From positions 119,722,001 through 119,786,000 of the forward strand of contig NC_091987.1 of NCBI RefSeq assembly GCF_044704955.1: a stretch of 64,000 nt of DNA. Reading direction: 5' to 3'. Made by a program: the position numbers and the translations under genes. Of the stretch, positions 11,475-23,899 are shown piece by piece. Below the pieces are notes generated by a model. That model saw nothing but the letters and a program-made list of their open reading frames with translations. It had not been told where the DNA came from and made no database searches. The DNA is from Pristiophorus japonicus. Taxonomy: Eukaryota. Within the stretch, counting starts at the first letter, position 1, and the number at the start of each line of letters is the position of its first letter.

Positions 11475-12269
11475 ATAGCGTTTTATGTGAAAGGGAGCTT
11501 CTTTACAACAGAGATGGAGCTATCTGGTCCAGTGTGGATCAGGTACAAAACCAGTGGATTGGGATGAGCGACATGGGGAGAAGTAAACAAACTCTCGGAG
11601 TCGAACCACCATGACAAGAGGTGGAATCGAATCAGGAACTTTGTAGTTAAATAGGGTCGGCGTGTACAGAAACAGGTGCAGTTGTTTTGGGTGTCTTCAA
11701 TTTAATAAAAAATGAGGTTGAGATAGCAGAGACAGAAAGGTGAAGCATTTTTACAAATGTAGTCACAGCAAGTAGCCCCCTTTCCCCACCACCCCACCCT
11801 CAGCATGGAACTTGCATTTCTGTGTGGTTGTAAAAGATGGGCATGCTATAGTGCTAGATAAGGCAATCACTGATAGGCTAAGGAAGAGAAAATACCAGGC
11901 CCGACTGAATTTCATACATCAGTGATTCTATGTTTTTAAAAAAGGTTAGAGACATCAATCACACCCTTGCCAGTATCTTGAGGGAATCGTGAGCAATGGG
12001 AGTAATGCCCGAGGATTAGAAAACAGATAATATAACATCAATCTTTTAAAAAGGGCACAGGGATGACCCAGGAAAATTTGGCCAGTGAGCCTAACATCTA
12101 TTCTGTGTAAAGTCTTTAAAAGGTGTGCTGAAAAAGAAAGACAATGCACCTAGGGTTGGTACGGGGAAGTCAGCATGGATTTATGAGAAGAGAAGTCTTG
12201 CCTATCGAATTTACTAGCGCTCTTGTAGCAATAACAGATCTTGTGGGGTATTTCGATTTCAGTAAGGCT

Positions 12270-12557
12270 ATTTCAGAATAAGGGTCGCCCATTTAAAATG
12301 AAAATGAGGAGGAATTTCTTCTCTGAGGGTCGTGAATCTTTGGAATTTTCTACCCCAGAGAGCTGTGGAGGCTGGGTCATTGAATAAATTTAAGTCGGAG
12401 ATACAGATTTTTGAATGATAATGGAGTGAAGGGTTATGGGGAGTGAGCAGGGAAGTGGAGCTGAGTCCATGATCAGATCAGCCATGATCTTATTGAATGG
12501 CGGATCAAGCTCGAGAGGCCAGATGGCGTACTCCTGCTCCTATTTCTCATGTTCTTC
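12270..12557 (+). mobile_element. Young CR1 3' end fragment
   Basis: Near-identical to the 3' ends at 10360-10638 and 26620-26880. Confidence 0.9.
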
Positions 12558-12639
12558 TGTTTTCATAGCATGCGTGCAATTGTTCAGCCTAATGGTAGAC
12601 GTCATGGCAAGCTTCTGAAGTGGATTGAAAATTGGCTAA

Positions 12640-12753
12640 ACCGGGGCAATGGGGAAAGTACAGGGGATGTGGGACTAATTGGATAGCTCCTTCAAAGAGC
12701 CGACACGGGCACAACGGGCCGAATAGTCGCCTTCTGTGCTCTATGATTCTGTG
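12640..12753 (+). mobile_element. 3' tail of a third CR1/HER1-like family (or an HE1-type SINE tail)
   Basis: ...GGGCCGAATAGTCGCCTTCTGTGCTCTATGATTCTGTGA, matching the reverse complement of 15958-16060. Confidence 0.7.
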
Positions 12754-14044
12754 ACCAGAGAAACATCAACATAGCAAGGGATAAGTGGCAGGGGGCCACT
12801 GGGATCAGTGCAGAGGGTTGCGACTGTCCGCAGTGCACAGAGTTGGAGCTGAGAACAAAAACAAGCTGTCTTAAATTTTTTCCCTCCTCCCTCCGAGATC
12901 AGCCAATTCAGCTGAGGTACCTTCCTGGTCACTGCCCAGCTACACATTTTTGTCCAATATAAAACATTGCTCTTAAAATTGCATTGACATAAACAGTTTT
13001 ATTTTTCACAAAAAGCACTTCTACATATTTCTCAGTTGACAAATCAGGGACTGAGGCTAGACAGCTGGAACCCTAACAAGGGGATCTAAACGCCAGCAGT
13101 GATTGGAGAGGAGGAGGGCTTTGCTTCTTTTTACATCACCTGAACCTCTGCTCTCCTCTCCTACTATTTATCAGCCCAAGCTGAGATTAAGGAACTGTGG
13201 GCACAAAGCTGTGGGACAGAACCTATAGTGGCAGGGTGCGTTAGTACATTAGCCAAATGTGTGCCAACGGTCCTTCAGCCTTTGATCACACCTCATGTAG
13301 GTATGAATTGTCCTTCAGCTCCATGTGTGCATTGACTGGTAATTAGTTACGATCTTTACAGGCCATCCTTTCTAGTTCGGTTTGCAGCATCTCTAACGGG
13401 ATTGTGTCAGAAATGAGTGGGATTTTCAGATTCAGATGTTGCCATATGCCAGTGAAGACTTGATGCTCCATTCACATGCTTGGCTTAGTGGGGAGCTGTA
13501 GCTGAACTTACACCTTATCAAAGTGGGCGAGAATAAAGCACAAGTTGTCTGGAGTATAATTTTGAAGGTGCAGCTTTGGAGATTTACTTTGCCTCATTTA
13601 AAGTCTGTCTCTCCTTTACTTGAATATCCTTGGGCTATATATCAGTTACTGTTGAGAGGACAGTTAACCTGCTTGGCCTCTGCCAATTGCGCTCTGAAGC
13701 CAACTGCTAGGAGGGGTACAGAAGTTGTTCAGTGTCAGTCTTCCACTTTTACCCTTTTCCTGGAGCAGGTGCCGAATAGTACCTCCTTGCAGCATTGACT
13801 GGTAATTGACTGCAGTTGCAGACCACTGGCTTAAGCCTGCACCTCAACTCTGTGGTGCCGATCCCCCCTCGATCCTTTAAAGCAAATGTTGTCATTTGGA
13901 AAATTGAAGCCTCATATACCGCTCTTGCCAAAATCTCCAGATCCTTGTCCTGACTCCACAACATTGCTCAACTGCTTGCTTAGGCTGAACTAAATTGTAA
14001 GTTTTTTAATATTTAATGCTGAGGATATGGGTGTCACTGGTAAA

Positions 14045-14700
14045 ACTTCCAAGGCGCTTCACAGGTGTGTTACAAAAAAAAAATTGCCACCAAGCCACAT
14101 AAAGAGATATTGGGGCAGATGAGAGGTAGGTTTTGAGGAGCGTCTTAGAGGGTAGAGAGGTTTAGGGAGGGAATGCCAGAGCTTAGGGCATTGGCAGCAG
14201 AAGGCATGGCGACCAATGATGGAGCGATTCAAATCAGAGGTGCTCAAGGCCAGAATTGGAGGAGCACAGATATCTGAGTGGTTGTAGGGCTGGAGAAAAT
14301 TATAAAAATAGGGAAGAGCAAGACCATGAGAGGGATTTGAAAACCAGGATGAGAATTTTAAAATCATGGGTGAAGGGGATGTGGTGTGACACGGGCAGCA
14401 GAGGTTCGGATGACCAAGTTTACGGCGGGTAGAAGGTGGGAGGCTGGCCAGGAATGTGTTGGCAGTCAAGTCTAGAGGCTGCGACATAGTGCTGGAGGAA
14501 CTTGTGGAAGGGCCATGAGGGGGATTTGTAAACTGGGGACAAGGATTTTGGATTCAGTGCATTGGAGGACAGCAACATTGGTGGAGGTTGAAGATAGGGG
14601 AGATATAGAGCATGACAGGATATGGGCGGCAGAATTTTGAACAAATTGGACTTTGTGTAGGGCAGAGCTCAGCATACAGACAAGGGCAATGTTCTAAAGT
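14045..14700 (-). mobile_element. L2-clade LINE 3' fragment
   Basis: Reverse complement matches 17800-18310 of the + strand L2 (IGRHAFCCQCPKLWHSLP; VQNSAAHIL). Confidence 0.8.
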
Positions 14701-14709
14701 AGAATCTAT

Positions 14710-15910
14710 GGGCTAAAATTTGGCCCTCTGTTTAAAACGGCGCACTTGCCTGAGGTGCAGCAACTTTGTACTCCAAAAAGCAGCGCCGAAAATTTATCTC
14801 GGTATTCTCCCTGCTCCATGGACCATCGTAAGCCTTGGCGTGGTGTGGCAAAAGCAATGGTGGGAGGAGCCAGGTTCCGGCGCTGAAAACAGTGCCGGGA
14901 CCTCTGCACATGTGCGCGCATGTGTAGTAGCTCCACGCCCCCAGAATCTGAGAGTGCGCTGAGCAGGCTGTGTGGGAGGGGCCGAAGCGCGCCACCCCTA
15001 TCCCTGGCCAAATGTCCTTCATCGGTGGCCCGCTGCCTTATCCAGCTACACCAGTAAAAAGGAGGTCCGACAGAACCAGAACCCCAGCAGGTTGTCAGTG
15101 AAACCCTGCAGCTGGTTAGTATGCTGATGTTTTCTACAAGGGAATCAGTTTAGAAGTAGATAGGGTTAGGTTAGGTTTCCAATGTCTGAAACAAATGGGA
15201 AGCATTGAGACAAATCATGCTGGCAATATTCACAAGGCCACACAATGAATGGAGTAAGTGCATTGCACTTGGTCTATACATTTTGCTGAGTATTTATATG
15301 TCATTGGTTAGAATAAAGTAGGAGCCAGCAAAAGAATGCTACTGAAGGTACTGAAAGGGACTGTGTAGTTGGACACGGTTACTTTGTTTTTATTTGTTAT
15401 TGATTGATTGCTTATTACTTTGGTCTTGGTGCTTTAGGTGCAGGGTTCCTTCTATTTTTTATTAATTAATTACTACTTACTTTTTGTGCTTTGTTTAGTG
15501 CTTTGTAAGTCTTGGTGCAGGTTCTCTCAGCTTCCTTGTATTTTGTATTTGTTATTGAATGCTTATTTTTGTGCTTTGTTTAGTGCTTGATGCTTTGGAA
15601 TGTACTTACCTATGCTGATTTCTTAACTCTCCGCAAGGATTTTCTGTGCGGGCCACAAGTGCCCACATACACTGGCCTAAGTTAGTTTGAAGTAACTATT
15701 AGCTGTCCAAACTGGCTTAAATGGTCAAAACAGGTGTCAGTGGCTGGTAACACCCCCTTTTGGAAAAAAAACTAAACTAAAAAAAATCCTAACTAACTCA
15801 CTTACACTGGTACAAATTAAATTGGCAGAATTGCGATTTTTAAGATACTCCAAAAAAAAAATCAAGTTGCTCCAAAAAAAACGGAGCAGCTCCTGGGCAA
15901 ATTTGGGCCC
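14710..15910. mobile_element. Non-autonomous DNA transposon (MITE-like, ~1.2 kb) with internal T-rich imperfect repeats at 15380-15610
   Basis: TIRs GGGCTAAAATTTGGCCC ... GGGCAAATTTGGGCCC. Internal TTTTTGTGCTTTGTTTAGTGCTT occurs twice. Confidence 0.75.
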
Positions 15911-15957
15911 TCAGTAACTAAAGCACAGAGAAGGGTGTCGATGGCAATGCAGGTGAG

Positions 15958-16520
15958 ATCATAGAATAAAACAGCACAGAAGGAGGCCATTTGACCCATC
16001 GTGCCTGTGCTGGCTCTTTGAAAGCTAGCCACTTCCCTGCTCTTTCCCCATAGCCCTGCAAATATTTCCACTTCAAATATTTATTCACTTCCTTTTTGTA
16101 AGTTACTATTGAATCTACTTGCAATACCTTTTCAGGCAGTGCATTCCGCGCCAGTGACTTGCTACAGAATTTTTTTTCTCATGTCACCGCTGGTTCTTTT
16201 GCCAATTACATTAAATCTGTGTCCTCTGGTCACTGACCCTTCTGCCACGGAAAACAATTTCTCCTTATTTACTCTTATCAAAACCCTTCATGATTTTGAA
16301 CACCTAAGAAATCTCCCCTTAACCTTCTCTGTTCTAAGGAGAACACCACCAGCTTCACTAGTTCCTCTGCGTAACTGAAGTCTTTCATCCCTGGTACCAT
16401 TCTAATAAATCCCCTCTCTAAGGCCTTGACATCCTTCCTCAAGTGTGGTGCCCAGAATTGGTCACAATACTTCAGCTGCGGCCTAGTCAGTGACGTATAA
16501 CAGTTTAGCATAACTTCCTT
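15958..16520 (-). mobile_element. CR1/HER1-like LINE 3' fragment (GATTCTATG-type tail)
   Basis: ORF LTRPQLKYCDQFWAPHLRKDVKALER...SLEQRRLRGD and the tail at 15958. Confidence 0.88.
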
Positions 16521-16813
16521 ACATACTCTCTGCCTCTGTTTGTAAATTCAAGAAGTTGCGGTGGAGGAAGCCAATGCTTCGGAGGTTAACTATCTTGGAT
16601 GACGACAGGATATTGAAGCTTAGCTCAAGGTTGAACAGGACATGGAGGTTCCACCACTTGAAGTAAGCACTGAAGGTAGCAAGGCCACAGAATGTACTCT
16701 GGATGAGAGACCTCAATGTCCATCACCAAGTGTAGCTTGATGCTAACACGACTGACCAAACTGGCAGAGTCCTGAAGGACATAACTGCCAGACTAAATAT
16801 TGGGAAGACTAAA

Positions 16814-17362
16814 GGCCTGAATTTGTGCTTCCCACGGGCGCGTCGGAGATGCACACATGCGCCCATGGGGTCCCTGCAAGTTCCGGGTTTAGGTATGCGA
16901 AGCGCATGCACCTAAACCCAGAGCTTGCAATCTGTCAAGAATCCTCTTGACAGTCCACCGCTTCCGAAACTAAAGGGCCTCCTTAGGCGGAGAGTTGGGC
17001 CATTTATCCACCCCCTGCCCAGCAACTGTCCTTCAAAAGCAGGTGTAAGGCCTGCTTTTATCAGCGTAAGACTTTTAAAGTACTGAAAAATAAATAAAAT
17101 AAAAATAATTTAAACATTTAAAATAAGGTAAGTTTATTTTTAGACCCTTTAAAATATGTAAATTTTTTTGAAATATGTAATGGTTTTTTTAAAGTTATTT
17201 TCAATGATTTTGGGGGATATATACGGAACTCGCATAAGTATGAATGGGGATTCTCCCATTCTGATAGGTTGGGCTGGCCCACGTGATCCCAGTGATGCGT
17301 ATGAAACCCATGCGCTCCTGGGATGTGCCTTTACGAAGGCCTTTGCATGGAGGCCGAGGATC
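16814..17362. mobile_element. Multi-hairpin MITE-like element, opposite orientation to the copies at 21859 and 24347, truncated by an L2
   Basis: End GGCCTGAATTTG. Shares CTTGCAATCTGTC, AAAAGCAG..GGCCTGCTTT and TAAGGTAAGTTTATTTTT blocks with the reverse complements of 22330-22500 and 29196-29360. Confidence 0.7.
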
Positions 17363-18360
17363 GCAAGGATTTATCCTTGGTCCCCTCCTTTTTCTCATCT
17401 ACATGTTGCCCCTTGGCGACATCATCCAAAAACACTGCGTCAGTTTCCACATGTACACCCAGCTCTACCTCACTACCACTTCTCTCGACCCCCCCAACAG
17501 TCTCTAAATTCTCAGACTGCTTGTCCGACATTCAGTTCTGGATGAGCAGAAATTTTCTCCAATTAAATATTGGGAAGACCGAAGCCATTGTTTTCGGTCC
17601 TCGCCACAAACTCTGTTCCCTAGCCATAGACTCCATCCCTTTCCCTAATATCTGTCTGAGGCTGAACCAGACTGTTTGCAACCTTGGTGTCATATTTGAC
17701 TCTAAAATGAGCTTGCGACCATATCCGCAGCATAATAAAGACCGCCTTTTTCCACCTCCATAACATCGCCTGTTTCCGCCCTTGCCTCAGCTCATCCGCT
17801 GCTGAAGCCCTCCTTCCAATGCACTTCTGGCTGGCCTCCCACATTCTATGTAAACTTGGTAATCCAAAACTCGGCTTCCTGTGTCCTAACTCTCACCAAG
17901 TCCCGTTCACCCATCATCCCTAAGCTCGCTGATCAACGTTGGCTCCTGGTTAAGCAACATTGCGATTTCAAAATTTTCATTCTTGTTTTCAGATCCCACC
18001 ATGGCCTCACCCCTCCCTCCTATCTCTAATTTGCTTCAGCCCCACAAGCCCCCGAGATATCTGCGCTCCTCTAATTCTGCCCCCTTGAGCATCCCTGATT
18101 ATAGTCACTCAACCATTGATGGCCGTGCCTTCTGTTGTCCAGGCCCTAAGCTCTCGAATTTCCTGCCTAAACTTCTTCGCCTCTCTTTCCTCCTTTTAAG
18201 ATGCTCCTTAAAACCTACCTCTTTGACCAAGCTTATGGTCATCTGCCCTAATTTCTCCTTGTGATTCGGTGTCAAATATTTTGTGTGTCCTACTCCTGTG
18301 AAGCGCCTTGGGATGTTTATTATGTTAAAGGCGCTATATAAATACAAGTTGTTGTTGTTG
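17363..18360 (+). mobile_element. L2-clade LINE, 5'-truncated RT and 3' tail
   Basis: QGFILGPLLFLIYMLPLGDIIQKH..SFHMY..TQLY and CLSDIQFWMSRNFLQLNIGKTEAIVFG. Tail GCGCTATATAAATACAAGTT(GTT)n. Confidence 0.92.
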
Positions 18361-18361
18361 T

Positions 18362-18690
18362 TTAGCCAATTTTGTATCCATGCAGCCCTTTAATTCCATG
18401 GGCTTAAATTTTGCTAACAAGTCTATTATCTGATATTTTATCAAACACCTTTTCGAACGTCCGTATACACTACATCAACTGCACTACCCTGATCCACCCT
18501 CTGTTTCTTCATCAAAGAAGTCGATCAAGTTTAGCAAACACATTTTGTCATGCCGACTTTGTTATTAGCTCATACTTTTCCAAATGCCAATTAATTTTGT
18601 CCTGGATTATTGGCTCTGAGAGTTTCCCCACCACTGACATTTGGCCTCTTGGCCTGTAGTTGGTGGGTGTATCCCTCCTTTTTAAAATAG
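18362..18690 (-). mobile_element. Old CR1 RT fragment
   Basis: Decayed match to the RT region of the young copies (e.g. 8790-9150). Confidence 0.65.
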
Positions 18691-18953
18691 TGGAAGATTA
18701 TTTCCACTGCTTCACACCACATGCAACAGGGAAGTAGCTCAGTGCACTAGACACAGCAAGTATCCTGGGTAAGGTGCAGGAGACTCGTGCATCGGAGCTT
18801 GCTGCTCCCCGAGCCAAGCAGCTCCATTGCAGACGTGATAGTGGCATCTACCTGTTAATGTGGAGGGTCACCTAGATAAGGAAGATAACTCTAACATAGC
18901 CATGTACGGCCTGTCTTGTCCACTTCCTCCCAATCCTCAGTTGTGTGATGTAA

Positions 18954-19146
18954 CATAAAATGCTGGAAATGTTCAGCAAGTCGGGCAGCACCTATGGAGA
19001 AAGAAGCAGAGTTAATGTTTCAGGTCGATGATCTTTCATCAGAATGTGAAACGTTAACTCTGTTTCTCGTTCCGTGAATGTTGCCTGATTTGCTGAGTGT
19101 TTCCAGCATTTTATGCGAATTCCAGCATTTGCAGTATTTTGTTTTT
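18954..19146. mobile_element. Palindromic Penelope-like terminal-repeat remnant containing a decayed minimal hammerhead ribozyme (minus strand ~19008-19045)
   Basis: ~69 bp inverted arms (18954-19022 / 19047-19115). Minus strand reads CTGATGA-AAGATCATCGACCT-GAAAC-ATTAACTCTG, i.e. the hammerhead core boxes around a stem II. Confidence 0.7.
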
Positions 19147-20207
19147 GAACCAAGTCCAATGATGTCACTTGCTGCACATGGGTTTCCGTTCATGGTCAAG
19201 AGCGGGATCCATGTCTGGGGGGGGGAGGAGAGAGAGAACATGGTGGGGGATGGAAGAACATGATCCAGGTCTAACCGAGGCGCGGAAATAGTTATCAGTC
19301 CCCCCATCTGGATCACATTCTCCCCCTCATCTAGCCGTGCACCCCACTTTTCCTGGATCACGTACCCGCCCCCTCCCCCCCAGCTCCTACTGTTCTCTCC
19401 GTGCTCTCCCCACTCAAATTCCTGACCTCCTCTGCACCCACCTGAGTTGTTGACTATCTCCCCTCGGGGTTCCTATTCTGACCCCTCTCGCCTATCCCCC
19501 ACCCCGAGTTCCTGACCTTTTTCTCTCTCACACCAACCCCCAAGCTCCTCTTCCCCCTTCTCCCGATCCCATGTCCTCTTCCCACACTCCAATCTGCTGA
19601 CCACCTCCAGGCAAGCAGATAGAAAACGGCTGGCAACAGGGAGGAAACATGCTTCAGACCGCAGACTCTGGCTAGGCGCCTACGTCGCACTGGTGGCGGG
19701 GGTGCAAGATGGTGTATTTGGAGAGAGCTTTTTGCATCTGTTTTTACTAGAGCATTGACCTAATTTGCAGAGAGGAGCTGGAAGAGCCTGACTATCAGTG
19801 AGCTGGGTTAAGTCATTGGTGACCAGTCCTTTCAGTGGATTTGCTGATCACGCCGCTTCAGCTCACTCGTGATTGGCCTCATCAACTCCAGGTGATCAGT
19901 ATTTATTGATTAAATACTCCAAAATAGCTAATTCTATCTTTTATTTACATTGATTGTGGGACTTGGCATTTAACATTTACGTTCCAATTTAGCAATGATT
20001 TTAATATCCAATTCTGGCAGTGGAGATAGATTGTGTTGTTGTTGGAATCGGTCTGTTTACTGAATGGATTTAATTGCTCATTAAAACTTCAGTGATGGTG
20101 CAAAATATCCAGAGACTGATTCATTAACTAAGGTGATAAATGGAAATGTAGGTGTAAATTTTATGTCTGAAATAAAAATTGCCATTGATTCTCTTATTGC
20201 ACTGCAG

Positions 20208-20299
20208 GGAAGGAAGTGATGCTGCTGATGCAAGCATTGAACACGCTCAGCACTCCCGAGGAGAAATTGGCAGCTTTGTGCAAGAAGTATGCAGATTTG
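20208..20299 (+). CDS. txlng: Gamma-taxilin exon: (G)KEVMLLMQALNTLSTPEEKLAALCKKYADL
   Basis: actgcag| ... |gtatgt; 92 nt restores phase 0. Start of the taxilin domain; missed by the ORF track. Confidence 0.97.
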
Positions 20300-20619
20300 G
20301 TATGTTGTGTCACTGGGACAAAAAACCTCACTTCTGCTATAACTCTACACATTAGGGACTGAGGAGAGGAGGGAGGGAAGTGAGAAATAGATATGGCTGC
20401 AGCTTTTGGCACCATTCTTCTGTTAACTTGTCACCCTTAGAACATCTTTGCCTTGAACATATAATGACTGACAAGAAAAGACAAGCTGGCCTATCGAGCC
20501 TATCCTGTACAATCATGTTGCAAGTAAACAGCACAACCCCCAGTGCTCCACATCCACTAGCAACAATATAATGTCCCTGAGGGAGGCATCAAAACAGAAC
20601 CCCTAATGCCAACCCTCCC

Positions 20620-21081
20620 AAAAAAGACTTGCATTTATATAGACCTTTCACGAGCACCGTACATCCCAAAACACTTTACAGCCAATGACGTACTTTTGAA
20701 GTGTAGTCACTGTTGTAATGTTGGAAACGTGGTAGCCAAGTTGCACGTTGTAAGCTCCCACAAACAGCAATGTGATAATGACCAGATAATTTGTTTTTAT
20801 TAATGTTGATTTAGGGATAAATATTGGTCACGACACCAGGGATAACTCTACTGCTTCTCTTCGAAATAGTGCCATGGGATCTTTTACATCCACCTGAGAG
20901 GGCAGTCGGGGCCTCGGTTTGTCGTCTCATCCAAAAGCTGGCATCTCTGACAGCGCAGCACTCCCTCAGCACTGCACTGGAGTGTCGGCCTATATTTTTA
21001 TGTTCAAGTCTCTGGAGTGGGACTTGAACCCACAACCTTCTGACTTGGGCGAGAGTGCTACCCACTGAGCCACAGCTGACC
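20620..21081 (-). mobile_element. Full-length tRNA-derived DeuSINE (SacSINE1-like)
   Basis: Minus strand has A box TGGCTCAGTGG (21062-21072), B box GGTTCAAGTCC (21020-21030), a central Deu-like block (AAAGATCCCATGGCACTATTTCGAAGAG) and an L2-like tail CTATATAAATGCAAGTCTTT. Confidence 0.85.
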
Positions 21082-21214
21082 ATAGTCAGCCACAGATACC
21101 CACCCATAATTCTGTGAAATTCCTCTCCAAACCTAAAAACAATCAAAACTAGTTCCATGAGATAAGAGTGACCATATGTCACCCAATATTCCACCTAACT
21201 TTCTGTATGCAGCG

Positions 21215-21640
21215 ATGTCGGCCTCCTCCAGGAATTACTTGCCGTTTTCGGTGAATCCGCACTCACTCCAGGAGCTGACAGCTCATTCCAGAGGTCTGTG
21301 ACCCTCTGAGAAAAGACAAGACCTCCTGACATCTAACCTAGTTTTAAGCTTTATGCAACTTGTACACAGATCCCCTCGTGTCCCCTAGTCCCTCTTCAAA
21401 TAATCTATCCACATGGACACAGTTGAGTCTCTTCATCGTTTTAAATACTTTGGTCAAATCACCCCAAAGTCTATACTTTTCTGGAGTAAAAAGATCCAGG
21501 TCTCTGAGCTTATCATGATAACTCGGGGCTCTAAAATTAGTATTAATGTAGTGGGTGTCCTCTGAACCTTTTCCAGGGCCTCTATTTCTCTCACCATGTG
21601 AGGGGATCAGAACTGGACACAGATTAGACCTACCCACGAC
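21215..21640 (-). mobile_element. Old CR1 3' fragment
   Basis: ORF SYHDKLRDLDLFTPEKYRLWGDLTKVFKTMK...DTRG is a diverged CR1 ORF2 C-terminus. Confidence 0.75.
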
Positions 21641-21679
21641 CCTGAAAAGGTTTTTAACCTAGTTTGATGAGCATCCTTC

Positions 21680-23060
21680 CCTCATCAGAAGCTGACTCTT
21701 TGGAAAATGTTGAGGTGGAATATGTGACACAAAAAGATTTAGGAAGCCTTTTTTGTCACCAGTTTTATCCTCCTGCTGGGAAACAAACACAAGTTGTGCT
21801 CCAGTACCTCATCCAAGTAGGAGCACTGGTGTGAGTCGTGTCTGCAATTTGAGCTATTGGCCTAGAAATTGCGGCCGGAGGCGTACCTCCGGAGTACTCC
21901 TCCGGCCCGCGAAACAGTTATACATTTACCTACAGGCTCCCAGGCAGCGGAGAGTTGCGGTCTCAGGTGTACGGCAGCATAAAGGCCCAGGGACACTGGC
22001 GGTTCAGACACGACCCTGGGATTACGTGGTGCCGGTCCTCCAATCACAAAGGAGGATTCCGTAGCAATAATTTATGACGGGAATCCCCTAATGATATGCA
22101 ATGTAATCCCCAAATAAATATACAAGCTACAGAATTCTAATGATTTTGAATTTCAATTTTATTCATAAGTCCCTTCATTGCACCAACCTTAATAAAAAAT
22201 TTAATTTTTTGTTAAATAATTTTAAACGTCTTAATCTAGGCCAATATTTGCATAAACTCATTTAAAGTGCATATGCATAATTTGGGATTTTTAAATGTTT
22301 AATTTAAGCCTTATATATACCTTTACCTGATGAAAGCAGGCCCTAGGTCTGCTTTTACCAGCTGCACAAGTTGCGTAAGCATGAGTTGGGAAAATAACAC
22401 AACTCTACGGCAGCAATACTCATTTTTCAGGCAGTTCGGATGATCTATACCTCGACAGATTGCAAGTTCTGGATTTCACGCATGCGGTAATCCAAAACTT
22501 CCGGGGACTTTAAAATAGATTACCATGGCGTACTCTGAGAGTAGGCCGTCACGGATACTGCAATTTCTGCCCCTTTAATTTATGGGGGCACTGCAAGCAC
22601 CCTGATTCTGTCCTGCCCTGCCATTCACACAAGTACACTTAAAGCAACAATAGGAGCCTGGGCCATTTTGTTCCCCCTCTAACTCAGGGCATTGAGATCA
22701 TTGGCAGAGCCTTACCATCACTCTGCCTCCGTGTAATCTGGAGAATGAACCTAACCTCCCAAAACAGTTCTGGTGCAGTGTCTTCCAGTGCCTCATCCAA
22801 GTAATCATTCTTTATGTGTGAGTCAAGGCAGTGAGTCTCCTAAAGCTATTCAACCGTACAGCATCAGAGCCAAAACTGATCCTGTCTTTGCCGCCTTCAA
22901 TGGATACTTTCCATCAGGAGAGGGGACCATGTCCAATTTTCTCCATGGTAGCCTCGGGAAATTGAGGTCGATTTAAGTGCCTACACTATCGTCACAACTG
23001 TTCAGCAAACACACACAACAGCCTGGGGATTTAACCTGGGGCCATCTTGCTTTCTATAAC
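21680..23060 (-). mobile_element. Two decayed copies of an old SINE-like family (same family as 51995-52340); the first is split by the MITE at 21859-22573
   Basis: CCAGT(A/G)CCTCATCCAAGTA at ~21801 and ~22786 matches the reverse complement of CACTTGGGGCAAGGTATT(A)G in the 52 kb copy. Confidence 0.5.
21859..22573. mobile_element. Multi-hairpin MITE-like element, apparently complete (~715 bp)
   Basis: TIRs GGCCTAGAAATTGC ... GCAATTTCTGCCCC, AT-rich centre, several internal palindromes. Confidence 0.8.
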
Positions 23061-23899
23061 TTAGCTATTCACTTGAGCTGCTGGAGGAGCCCAGATTACA
23101 TTTTTGTATTTGTGATTTCCATGGATGTGAAATTCCTCAGCCCACTTGTGCTATTGGGAAGTACTGAGTGGAAACCCTTCACTTTTCCACAAGGAGAAGG
23201 CAGTCTCTCTTTCAATACTTTTGGGATTTATGCTAGATATTCTACCATGAATTCAGATCATTCCTGTAAATGGACCTAAAGTCCCCTACTATCTGGAGCA
23301 TGCCTAGCATTTAGGTAAACATCAATAAAAGCAAGGATCATCCAAAGAACCATTTCCGCTGTATTCCAGTTCACTGAAATATACCAAACGTCACCACCTG
23401 GTGAAGGGCATTTTTAGTTTGTTTATTGTCTTGATGGCATTTTGAATGATCTCCATCATTTTCTGTTTTCTCCTTTTGAATCGGGGGAGGAGAGGGCTGA
23501 AGGCGAAGGAAGGATATTCTCCAAGGCAGTACCTATTGCTGCTGATAATTAAAGACTGTAAAGTTTCCTGCCCTCCTTGCTGGCTGGTGAACCAACCAGT
23601 CTCACCTGGCTGAAGTGTAGTGTCAGTCAGGTGGGCACAGTGCCGCCTTCATCATGGGCCTGATTATGTTATGGTGTAGACTTCCCACACTTTCCGTTAA
23701 GAGGCAGAATCCTGGTCATGGTTAAGGGTGCGACTAAAAAAAAAACTGTTATGAAGAATTAACACATTTTATTAATGTCATCAAAATTTTATGATGTTTT
23801 GCTTTCTTGGAAGACATTCGAGTCTATGCATTCTATACCAAAACATTGCATTGTTTTTGTTTGGTATTCTTACCCATCTCAAAGAGTTATAGTGCTCTT

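Larger units (their letters stand above)
10760..12640 (+). mobile_element. Ancient, highly decayed CR1 ORF2 remnant interrupted by a MITE-like element (10939-11474) and a young CR1 3' end (12270-12557)
   Basis: SRNKMGNL...AVSIKETWFN...YKLLCRDRKDK (EN start) continues as (I)AFYVK after the MITE. Later cagcatggatttatg and ttgcctatcgaatttact match the QHGFM/CLTNL motif DNA. Confidence 0.65.

Noticed and set aside
19300-19610. C/T-rich tract with a minus-strand Gly/Arg-rich ORF
   Set aside because: Low-complexity sequence with no clear boundaries, TSD or coding signal.
21015-21081. tRNA gene (also 37070-37150 and ~52020)
   Set aside because: A/B boxes belong to SINE heads that continue into SINE bodies; no full cloverleaf.
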